DNA from: Acidobacteriota bacterium
Lineage (GTDB): Bacteria > Acidobacteriota > UBA6911 > JACQSX01
Assembly (NCBI GenBank): GCA_036507075.1
Contig: DASXQR010000013.1
Coordinates: 1-51,373, forward strand
Direction of reading: 5' to 3'
Length of the DNA stretch: 51,373 nt
Made by a program: the position numbers and the translations under genes. The notes below the pieces were generated by a model. It did no database searches. It had not been told where the DNA came from and saw only the letters and a program-made list of their open reading frames with translations. Positions 19,365 through 26,902 of the stretch are shown here, in pieces. Numbering within the stretch: the first letter of the stretch is position 1; each line of letters begins with the position of its first letter.

Positions 19365-19750
19365 CAAGGCGAGAAATGGAGCACCGAACAGGTATGGCAA
19401 AACCGGGATGTTTCCATGTACATGAGCTCCCCGGTACTGGACGGGGATTTCATCTACGGTTTCTCTCACCGCAATAAGGGCCAGTTTTTTGCCTGGACGG
19501 GCGCACCGGCAAGACTCTCTGGCTCAGCGACGGGCGCAACGGCGAAAACGCCGCGCTCGTTCACACCACCAGTGTGCCTTTTTTGCTCACCAATAATGCT
19601 GAACTGATCATCGCCCGCAAGAACCCGAAGGCTTATACGGAAATCCGACGCTACCGCGTGGCCGAGAGCCCAACCTGGGCGCATCCGATAGTGGCAGCCC
19701 GCCAGATCCTGATCAAGGACGCAACCACACTTGCATCGTGGAGTCTGGAC
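19365..19750 (+). pseudogene. PQQ-binding-like/BamB-type beta-propeller, C-terminal fragment with frameshift
   Basis: QGEKWSTEQVWQNRDVSMYMSSPVLDGDFIYGFSHRNKGQFF / CLDGRTGKTLWLSDGRNGENAALV...YRVAESPTWAHPIV...ILIKDATTLASW. One T is missing in the run at about 19485-19490, and there is no 5' part. Confidence 0.8.
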
Positions 19751-19859
19751 AGATGTATGCCGCGGCGACGAATCCGCGCTTGCAGTCTGTTTGCTGATTG
19801 GATAGTCTTTTGGAAATTTTCATCATTTAGGCGCGGCCGCAGGCAAATCCGGGTGTGCG

Positions 19860-21335
19860 ATGGGTTTCTGCAAAACAGGGCGTGGTATGTTTTGTGTTCG
19901 TTTTCGCGTCGTGTGCATGTGGGTCTGTCGCATCATCTGCGGGTGGAGTGGAATTCTTTTGCTCGTGGGCAGTTCGGCTTGCAGCCGCGGTTGCGGGCGG
20001 CAACAGGCGGGGGTTGCCTTTGAGCCGGCGACGGTCGAGGCGTCTATCCAGCGCGATTATGACCAGACGGTCAAGCTTGGGCTGCGGAACAATTCGGACA
20101 AAAATGTGGTCGTCGCGGCCAAGGCGCTGGGGCAGTTTGACGATCTGCCCGCAGATATCGTCGGACCCGGCTCGGTGGATGAACCGGTGCAGGTGCCGCC
20201 GGGCGGAAGACTCGAGCTTCGCCTCGCGATAACGGCGCCTGATGCGACGCGCGAAGCGTACGACATTCCGGTTGAAGCCGCCGGCGCGTCCGCAACGGCA
20301 AGAGTGCGCATCACGAAGATTGACTTCAGGCTCTCCTTCAGGATTATTTCAGAGGATCCTCACACACTGGCCAAAACCATCGAGGTCCGCAACGACGGCA
20401 GTACGCTGGCCGACCTGGCCCTGCACATCGCCGCGCCCAATGAGTCCGAGGTGCGCCTGGAACCGAGCGCAAAACATGCCTATCTGCCCGCAGGCAAGAC
20501 GCTGCAGTTGGTCGCCGCACCGGTCCTTTATCTGGAGTTCCAATCGCTGAAAGCGGTGCTGGAAGGCCGCGCCGGGGGACAAAGCGCGAGGTTTTCGCTT
20601 GATTTCCAGGCGCCGGCAGACAAGCGATTGATCGGCGTGCGTACGGCTACAAAAGAATACAGCTCCGCCTCGGATTGGTACTGCACAAACAAGCCGGACA
20701 CCTGCACCGAGGTACCCGGCCCGCAGGGTAACGGCCTGTCGGGGCAAAACGGAGGGCCGTCACTGGCAAGCGTCGGCAGCGTGTTCTTTCCGTCACCGGG
20801 CATATGCGGGCTGAAACCTCCAACAGGCAAGGAAGATGACTGCCCCCCGATCTGCCGCGACCCGCAGCCCTGTACCGGCGTCGGTTGGGGCGGGACTGGC
20901 AAAAAAGGCTTCCATTCCGAGGAAGAGGCGGCCATCGACGCCCTTAAGACCATAAATCCAATCTCTGTTTGCAACAGCAGGGAGTATTCCGGCTTGATCA
21001 TCCACGACCCGGAAACCGACACGTGGTACTGGACGGTCGAATGCGAGGGCGACAGTGACTGTGTCGCAGCCTCCGATTGCAAACCCAGATTTGAATGCAC
21101 CGGCGCGTGGCACACACACGGCAGCCCTTCACCGGGCGCCGAGGGATTCAGCCGGAAAGACCTGGAAGATAACGGCTGGACTCACAAGGAGTACGTTGCC
21201 ATGCCAACCGGCAAAATCCTGGTTTATCCGATCGTAAAAGATGGAAAACCGAAAACCACTCCCGGATATGGCCCGGCGAGTGAATCGAAGGAGACGGCTC
21301 CGGCGCCGAAGAAGTGTCCCAAGAAGTGCTCTTGA
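19860..21335 (+). CDS. Probable lipoprotein: beta-rich N-terminal domains, DWYCTNKP motif, Cys-rich DUF4329 (JAB-like) C-terminal domain
   Basis: Lipobox-like LLLVGSSAC (alternative ATGs at 19887 and 19917). The C-terminus F.SEEEAAIDALKTINPIS...REYSGLI...WHTHG...FSRKD matches the DUF4329 pattern as I recognise it. Confidence 0.72.
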   Translation: MGFCKTGRGMFCVRFRVVCMWVCRIICGWSGILLLVGSSACSRGCGRQQAGVAFEPATVEASIQRDYDQTVKLGLRNNSDKNVVVAAKALGQFDDLPADIVGPGSVDEPVQVPPGGRLELRLAITAPDATREAYDIPVEAAGASATARVRITKIDFRLSFRIISEDPHTLAKTIEVRNDGSTLADLALHIAAPNESEVRLEPSAKHAYLPAGKTLQLVAAPVLYLEFQSLKAVLEGRAGGQSARFSLDFQAPADKRLIGVRTATKEYSSASDWYCTNKPDTCTEVPGPQGNGLSGQNGGPSLASVGSVFFPSPGICGLKPPTGKEDDCPPICRDPQPCTGVGWGGTGKKGFHSEEEAAIDALKTINPISVCNSREYSGLIIHDPETDTWYWTVECEGDSDCVAASDCKPRFECTGAWHTHGSPSPGAEGFSRKDLEDNGWTHKEYVAMPTGKILVYPIVKDGKPKTTPGYGPASESKETAPAPKKCPKKCS

Positions 21336-21367
21336 TCAGGATCGGGATTGTGATTTTGGGTATCGTC

Positions 21368-21430
21368 CAGTACTTACTTGCAAAAGTTCGCGCATGAAAC
21401 GTTCACCGCAAAGATACGAAGGACACAAAG
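21368..21430 (+). repeat. Third, diverged copy of the AGTACTTAATTCC...CACCACAAAGACACAAAGGACACAAAG element
   Basis: AGTACTTACTTGCAAAAGTTCG...TTCACCGCAAAGATACGAAGGACACAAAG aligns with 28107-28169. Confidence 0.75.
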
Positions 21431-24264
21431 GGAAGACGCTGGCGTGCTGTTTGGCGCTGTGCGGTTTGTTGTGCTTCGGAGTGGAACTTGAAGCGGCTGT
21501 GCAAGCGACGGAAACATCCAGAGAAACAAATTCACTGGAACCGCGGCTCCGCTGGGGGTTGCTGGAAGCGCTGCAGCGGCGCGCAGGCTTCACGCGTTCC
21601 CATCGCGGTCCGTTCGCCGCACCTGCCGAAGGCAATTCCACCGATTCGAGTGCCATGGCGTCCGGCTGGCACGCAGGCGATCGGGTCTATTTCGCCTGGC
21701 ATCAACAGAAGGATGACATCATCTGCGCCGCCTTCGGCCTGCGCGGGGAAGTCCTTGCGGCGCCACGGATCATCGGCAAGGGCCGATGGCCCCGCCTGGC
21801 CGCTGACGGCAAGCGCGTGGCCGCCGCCTGGAGTCACAGCAACGATTTCATCGTCCGGCTCTACGACGGCAAACAGTGGGGCGAACAGATCCCGCTTAAC
21901 GGCCGGGAAGCTTCGCTGGCATTGGCTCCCAATGGTCCGCTCTATGCCGCCACTTCAACAGGGCTGTGGAAACTGGCCGGTAATCACTTCGAGCGCGTCG
22001 AGCAAAAGGCGTACTCTCAGCCTGCCGTTGCCATCGACCCTCAAGGCCGGCCGCAGGTAGCGTGGCAGCGGAACGGACGCATTGTCTATGCGAATGCCGA
22101 AATTGATCCGGGCGAACGGCCTTCACTCACCTTTGCACCTGATGGCACGGTTCACCTCGCTTATTTGTCGAAGGGCGTGCTCGTTCTGCGCTCGGAAAAG
22201 CAGGGCAGCCAGCCTTCCCGCGAAACCATTCAGGCCAAGAATCCATCCTGGCCGGCGGTGGCGATGGGAACAGACGGCGTGCGACTGACGTACCTCGGTG
22301 GCGCTGAACATGGCCCTCAGGCGCTATGGCTTGTCCGCCGGGCTGAGAAGGAGCCGGTACTTCTGCCCTCGCTGGCCGGCAATGTGACCGACGCCTGGCT
22401 GATGCTCAACTTTGGATTGCGGTATCGCCGTTCCAGCTACCGGCCCCATGATGTGTCAATCAGCGTCAATGACGTGCCGATCCATCGATTCGAAAAGACT
22501 GTTCCCGACGGCCGCTTCCTCTTCCGCTTGAAGCCCTATCAGGTATTCACTTCTTCCGGAGGTCCGGCGCCAAATCGCGTTGCGCTCTCCAGCCGGCATA
22601 TGAATGGCGGTCATTATGCCACCAACAGCGATTACCGGATAATCGTGCGGACGTCCTGGAACGAGCGCTACGCGTTTGGTTCCAGCGAAGAAGAGGTCCT
22701 GCGCTCAACGCAAAGCGCCCGGCTCAATCACAACCAGCCGGACCTGGCGGTGCTGGCCAACGGCCTTGACCTTCCGGTCGAAGCGCCCAAACCAGGCAGA
22801 ATTGAATTGGCCGTCACCATCGCCAACCTTGGCGAAGCCCCTTCCCGGCCGGCTCGAGTCGCCATGCTTGACAATCAGAAGATGCTGGCAGAAGCGCCGC
22901 TGCCATCTCTCAGGCCGGACGAACAGCAGACCGTGACGCTGCCTCTCGACTATGACGGGCGGCTGGGGAGCGTCACCTTCCGGATTCATCAGGACCCGCC
23001 CGATTTCGACCCGCGGGATGACGTGCTTACCCTGATGCTCTGGGGAACGGAAGCCAGGGCGATGGCGGCGGGGACGGGCGTCGGTTCCGGCGTCGCGGGG
23101 GCAGGTGCAGCGGGCGGAAAAGGGGGAAGTCTGGTTGTGTCAGGCCTGGGGCAGTATTACTACTCGGTATTTGACTCAGCCGGGACCAGAAAACTGGTGG
23201 ATGCAAAGACCAACGGAGAAGTCGAGTTGCCGCCCGGCAGCTACAGGGTTTCGCTGAATAATTCATCGCAGGTGACCAACATCCAGGCCGGCCGCAAAAC
23301 GGTGGTGCCGGCCGGGAGCGTGTTGATTTCGGGAACCGGACAGTATTACTACTCGGTGCTGGACGCAGCCGGAACGAGAAAGCTGGCGGATGCAAAGACC
23401 AACGGCGAGATCGAATTGCTGCCGGGTACCTACAGAGTATCGCTTAACAATTCTTCCCAGGAGACCAGCATCCAGGCAGGTCGCAAAACCGTGGTGCCGG
23501 CGGGAAGGGTGACGGTTTCGGGAACGGGACAATATTACTACTCGATGCTGGACGCAGCCGGAACCAGAAAGCTGGCGGATGCAAAAACCAACGAAGAGAT
23601 CGAATTGCTGCCTGGCAGCTACACAGTGTCGCTGAATAACTCTTCCCAAACCGGCAGCGTCCAGGCGGAGCGTAAAACGGTCGTGCAGGCTGGAAGCGTG
23701 GTGGTTTCGGGAACCGGACAATATTACTACTCGGTGCTGGACGCAGCCGGGACTAAAAAGCTGGCGGATACCAAGACCAACGGAGAGATCGAATTGCTGC
23801 CGGGAAGCTACAGGGTATCGCTGAATAATTCCTCCCAGGAGACCAGCATCCAGGCGGGTCGCAAAACGGTGGTGCCGGCGGGAAGCGTCGCGGTTTCGGG
23901 AACCGGACAATACTACTACTCGGTGCTGGACGCAGCCGGGACTAAAAAGCTGGCGGATACGAAGACCAACGGAGAGATCGAATTGCTGCCGGGGAGCTAC
24001 AGAGTCTCGCTGAATACTACGTCGCAGGCGACCAGCGTCCAGGCGGGGCGCAAAACCGTGGTGCCGGCCGGGAGCGTAGTGGTTTCGGGAACCGGGCAAA
24101 ATTATTACTCGGTGCATGACGCAGCCGGGACCAAAAGGCTGGCGGATGCAAAGACCAACCAGGAGATCGAATTGCTGCCCGGCAGCTACATCGTCAAAGT
24201 CAACAATCGCCAATTCCCTGCACAGATTCGAGCCGGGCAAAAAACGGCTATCAGCCCTCAATAA
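21394..24264 (+). CDS. Large exported multidomain protein: propeller-like region, HDV...HMNGGHY domain, CARDB-like domain, Gly linker, six 63-aa repeats
   Basis: Blade-like motifs (WPRLAADG, QPAVAIDPQGRPQVAW, RPSLTFAPDGTVHLAY); PDLAV...VTIANLGEAPS...LPSLRPDEQQTVTL (CARDB-like). ATG 21394 is preferred over 21241, which overlaps the upstream gene. Confidence 0.8.
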   Translation: MKRSPQRYEGHKGKTLACCLALCGLLCFGVELEAAVQATETSRETNSLEPRLRWGLLEALQRRAGFTRSHRGPFAAPAEGNSTDSSAMASGWHAGDRVYFAWHQQKDDIICAAFGLRGEVLAAPRIIGKGRWPRLAADGKRVAAAWSHSNDFIVRLYDGKQWGEQIPLNGREASLALAPNGPLYAATSTGLWKLAGNHFERVEQKAYSQPAVAIDPQGRPQVAWQRNGRIVYANAEIDPGERPSLTFAPDGTVHLAYLSKGVLVLRSEKQGSQPSRETIQAKNPSWPAVAMGTDGVRLTYLGGAEHGPQALWLVRRAEKEPVLLPSLAGNVTDAWLMLNFGLRYRRSSYRPHDVSISVNDVPIHRFEKTVPDGRFLFRLKPYQVFTSSGGPAPNRVALSSRHMNGGHYATNSDYRIIVRTSWNERYAFGSSEEEVLRSTQSARLNHNQPDLAVLANGLDLPVEAPKPGRIELAVTIANLGEAPSRPARVAMLDNQKMLAEAPLPSLRPDEQQTVTLPLDYDGRLGSVTFRIHQDPPDFDPRDDVLTLMLWGTEARAMAAGTGVGSGVAGAGAAGGKGGSLVVSGLGQYYYSVFDSAGTRKLVDAKTNGEVELPPGSYRVSLNNSSQVTNIQAGRKTVVPAGSVLISGTGQYYYSVLDAAGTRKLADAKTNGEIELLPGTYRVSLNNSSQETSIQAGRKTVVPAGRVTVSGTGQYYYSMLDAAGTRKLADAKTNEEIELLPGSYTVSLNNSSQTGSVQAERKTVVQAGSVVVSGTGQYYYSVLDAAGTKKLADTKTNGEIELLPGSYRVSLNNSSQETSIQAGRKTVVPAGSVAVSGTGQYYYSVLDAAGTKKLADTKTNGEIELLPGSYRVSLNTTSQATSVQAGRKTVVPAGSVVVSGTGQNYYSVHDAAGTKRLADAKTNQEIELLPGSYIVKVNNRQFPAQIRAGQKTAISPQ
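23125..24258 (+). repeat. Six intragenic tandem repeats of 189 nt (63 aa)
   Basis: Unit GSVVVSGTGQYYYSVLDAAGTKKLADxKTNGEIELLPGSYRVSLNNSSQxTSIQAGRKTVVPA; units start at 23125, 23314 and so on. Confidence 0.95.
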
Positions 24265-24373
24265 ATTTTCGCAGAAAACAGTCCACTGTTCCCCCTGCGT
24301 GAAATCAAGAAGCGTTTGAAGTGAATAGAATCCGTTCGAACCGCAGCCTTCGAGCGGCCAGATGGTGGCTCTA

Positions 24374-24769
24374 TCAATGCAGGCGTGTGACGCCCGGCAG
24401 CGCATCGAAGCCCTCATCGAACGTCATCACTTGATGGATTCCCTCCTGCTCCATGACAGCGGCATGCAGGGCGTCACGCGCCGAGAGTCGTCGCTTGCCC
24501 AGCACGATGGTCTTGGCACGCTCCACACACTCGGCGGTCACTGGAAATACCTCGTCAATCACTCCCAGAAGGGCATCAAAGGCGGGTTGGATCGCATCGC
24601 GGCGGTCAATGGCGACATAGCGGTGGAGTATCTCCTGCAGAACCTCGGCATCGGTCACCAGTCGCTCGGCGGCGGCAATGGCGCTCTCCAGAAGCCGCTG
24701 CGCGTCGGCCTTGTGCGGATGCGCCGCGCCCACAAGATACATGGGGATGTTCGAGTCCACAAAGATCAT
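24374..24769 (-). CDS. vapC: VapC-family PIN-domain toxin
   Basis: [27 protein letters not shown] and MTFDEGFD supply the PIN acidic residues. Confidence 0.92.
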   Translation of the reverse strand: MIFVDSNIPMYLVGAAHPHKADAQRLLESAIAAAERLVTDAEVLQEILHRYVAIDRRDAIQPAFDALLGVIDEVFPVTAECVERAKTIVLGKRRLSARDALHAAVMEQEGIHQVMTFDEGFDALPGVTRLH

Positions 24770-24776
24770 GGCGAAG

Positions 24777-25034
24777 TTATCTCGGCGCCGAGCCGAGATA
24801 TCCTCGCTCGATCTCCCCCAGCATTTGATCGATATCGGCCGTCGGGAACGCGTTTCGTGCCGCGGCTCGCACTACTTCAAGTTTCTTCCTGACATCCCGG
24901 CCAGGCTCGGACCGGCGCGCCGCTCGAAGGACTTGGCGGACCCACTCGGCCGTCGTCATCCCGTGCCGGTGAGCAATCTTCTGGATTTCGCCCAATTCCG
25001 CCTCGTCCAAAAGAACCTGCAGTCGCTTACTCAT
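24777..25034 (-). CDS. Ribbon-helix-helix antitoxin
   Basis: [14 protein letters not shown]...[11 protein letters not shown]; directly upstream of the PIN toxin. Confidence 0.88.
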   Translation of the reverse strand: MSKRLQVLLDEAELGEIQKIAHRHGMTTAEWVRQVLRAARRSEPGRDVRKKLEVVRAAARNAFPTADIDQMLGEIERGYLGSAPR

Positions 25035-25037
25035 ATC

Positions 25038-25068
25038 ATGAGTCTACTTGACTCATTTAGAAAGTCAA
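25038..25068 (-). promoter_or_regulatory. TA promoter with palindromic operator
   Basis: TTGACT (25068-25063), 16 nt, TAGACT (25046-25041), 6 nt, ATG. Perfect inverted repeat ATGAGTC-N5-GACTCAT at 25038-25056 covers the -10. Confidence 0.78.
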
Positions 25069-25089
25069 GTTGGCGGAGTCGGGCGTGTT

Positions 25090-25224
25090 GCGGCCGTCGC
25101 CGAACCATACAGGACCTTCGCACCAGCGCATGCCCGAAGCGATTTTCTCGACCTTGGCCAGCGGCAGGCGGTACTTGGCGAAGTCGGGGTCGATGATCTT
25201 GATGAGCGGGTCCGGGTAGCGCTG
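25090..25224 (-). pseudogene. SMP-30/gluconolactonase N-terminal fragment
   Basis: Not in the ORF track. Manual translation QRYPDPLIKIIDPDFAKYRLPLAKVEKIASGMRWCEGPVWFGDGR contains the EGPVW motif and ends at the TA promoter. Confidence 0.8.
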
Positions 25225-25289
25225 GTCGCATCAAAATGTCAAAAGTACCATAGTCGCCCGCACCACAACATCGAATCAAAAAGCCCGGA

Positions 25290-25314
25290 ACCGCGAAGGC
25301 GCGAAAGCGCGAAG
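25290..25314. repeat. Solo ACCGCGAAGGCGCGAA unit, same family as 32734-32870
   Basis: Direct sequence match to the left arm at 32734. Confidence 0.7.
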
Positions 25315-25418
25315 TGAATGAGAACCCGAGAATCCCAATTTACATTGCTGATTAAGGTGCGTCAGAGCCGTATAATTTCACGACGCGACAGGTATCATGC
25401 GCAACCTTGAGGTGGACC

Positions 25419-25910
25419 GTGTCGATATTCGGAAAGACTCTTGCCGAATACGCAAGATTCGTTCGTGTTGGAATCATCCTGATATTGCTGATGGGCGTGG
25501 CGCGGTTCATCGTGGGAGTGTCAGGAGTCCCCTATGAAAAGGCAACGCATTTCGTCAGCATCACCTTACTGACGCTGCTTCTCGCTCTGGTGTATGGTCA
25601 CAAGGCGGCTGCTTCAAAGTTTGGAAGCTACCGCCAGTTATTGCCGGCCACAGCCCTGCTGGCCGTGACAATGTATGGCTTCATTATCCTTGCCATCCTG
25701 GTCGAAAGTCTCTGGGGAATTCACGGATATTTCCATAGCGAAACGACAAGAGCGGTCGCTTCCCGCTTGCCTTCCGGAATTCTCCGGGCTCCCGCGCAGA
25801 TGAGCGTTGCCTTCCACATAACAGGTCAGCTCATCGCAATGCCGATCACCACCGCTATTCTATGGGGCATAGCCAGCCTCGGCTTCCGATTTTCCAGACG
25901 GCATAATTGA
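25419..25910 (+). CDS. Hypothetical membrane protein (about 4 TM)
   Basis: Hydrophobic segments; GTG 25419 after GAGGTG (ORF-track start 25407). Confidence 0.75.
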   Translation: MSIFGKTLAEYARFVRVGIILILLMGVARFIVGVSGVPYEKATHFVSITLLTLLLALVYGHKAAASKFGSYRQLLPATALLAVTMYGFIILAILVESLWGIHGYFHSETTRAVASRLPSGILRAPAQMSVAFHITGQLIAMPITTAILWGIASLGFRFSRRHN

Positions 25911-25914
25911 CATC

Positions 25915-25951
25915 TGACCACTTGACTAGTCATTTGGTCCACATCTATACT
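25915..25951 (+). promoter_or_regulatory. TA promoter with palindromic operator
   Basis: TTGACT (25922-25927), 18 nt, TATACT (25946-25951), 6 nt, ATG 25958. Palindrome TGACCA-CT-TGACTAGTCA-TT-TGGTCC covers the -35. Confidence 0.78.
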
Positions 25952-25957
25952 TTCCGC

Positions 25958-26224
25958 ATGGCGAAGCGACCGGGAGCGAAAAAACATCAGGGACTCGAAG
26001 TCTCCATCAGCGATTTCAAAGCCCGCTGCCTCGAGTTCATTAATCGCGCCTATTCAGAAGGGCGCGAGTACGTCATCACCAAGCGTGGAGAGCCGATCGC
26101 GCGACTGGGGCCGCTGAGCGGGACGGGGCGGTCGGCGCGCGGCAGTTGGAAAGGGTTGATCCAAATCCGCGGCGACATTGTTCGGACTGACTGGACCGAA
26201 GAATTCGAGGTGACAAAAGAGTGA
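25958..26224 (+). CDS. Phd/YefM-family antitoxin
   Basis: VSISDFKARCLEFI...EYVITKRGEPIARL. Confidence 0.9.
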   Translation: MAKRPGAKKHQGLEVSISDFKARCLEFINRAYSEGREYVITKRGEPIARLGPLSGTGRSARGSWKGLIQIRGDIVRTDWTEEFEVTKE

Positions 26225-26619
26225 CCTATCTGCTCGATACCCACGTGGTGATCTGGTGGTGGACGGATGCCCCTGAACTCCCCGCCAGATTCGCTGTACT
26301 TCTCGATCGTTTGGCGGCAGCCTCCGAGATGATCGGAATCAGCACGATCAGCCTTTGGGAAATCGCCATGCTGGTGGAGCGCCGGCGCCTCGAGCTGTTT
26401 GCTTCAGTGGATACGTTTCTGGCGGAGATCGAAAGCCACGCTCATGTTCGCATGCTGCCCATCACTGCCTGCGTTGCCGCAGAAAGCACGCGAATGGGGC
26501 CATCGTACCCGCGTGATCCTGTGGATCGGATCATAGGAGCCACCGCTCGGTGCCACCACCTGCGTTTGGTCACTGCCGATCAGGCTATTCGTGATTCCGG
26601 CGCTGTGGCATTTGCTTGA
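26221..26619 (+). CDS. vapC: VapC-family PIN-domain toxin
   Basis: YLLDTHVVIWW, STISLWEIA, DPVDRIIGATA, LVTAD; GTGA overlap with the antitoxin. Confidence 0.92.
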   Translation: MTYLLDTHVVIWWWTDAPELPARFAVLLDRLAAASEMIGISTISLWEIAMLVERRRLELFASVDTFLAEIESHAHVRMLPITACVAAESTRMGPSYPRDPVDRIIGATARCHHLRLVTADQAIRDSGAVAFA

Positions 26620-26632
26620 GGTGGGGGGGCCG

Positions 26633-26856
26633 AGAACGTGTGAAAAAATCGACGCCACCGGGCTTGTCCCGGTGGTGAACGCGATTCTTCACTAGACTGC
26701 AGACCGGCCAGCTACACTGGATTCGTCGCTCCGAAATTAGCGCCGCGGCGCTAGTTTCGGAGCGACGAATCCAAAGTGGGTGCGTTGTGCTTCTAGTGAA
26801 GAATCGTCCTCACCACCGGGACAAGCCCGGTGGCGTCGTTTTTTTTCACACGTTCT
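26633..26856. repeat. Palindromic MITE/REP-like element with about 64-bp arms and a central hairpin
   Basis: AGAACGTGTGAAAAAA..GACGCCACCGGGCTTGTCCCGGTGGTGA..CGATTCTTCACTAGA is inverted at 26792-26856. The central hairpin is 26718-26773. Confidence 0.92.
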
Positions 26857-26902
26857 GATACCCCGGGGTTCCTGCACCCCTCCGGCATATAATCAGTCTG
26901 CG

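Noticed and set aside
23125..24258. Possible CRISPR array or DGR template/variable repeats
   Set aside because: Units are in-frame coding repeats without unique spacers, differences are not adenine-specific, and no cas or reverse transcriptase gene is in the window.
23263..24417. 384-aa repetitive minus-strand ORF
   Set aside because: Reverse reading of the 189-nt coding repeats.
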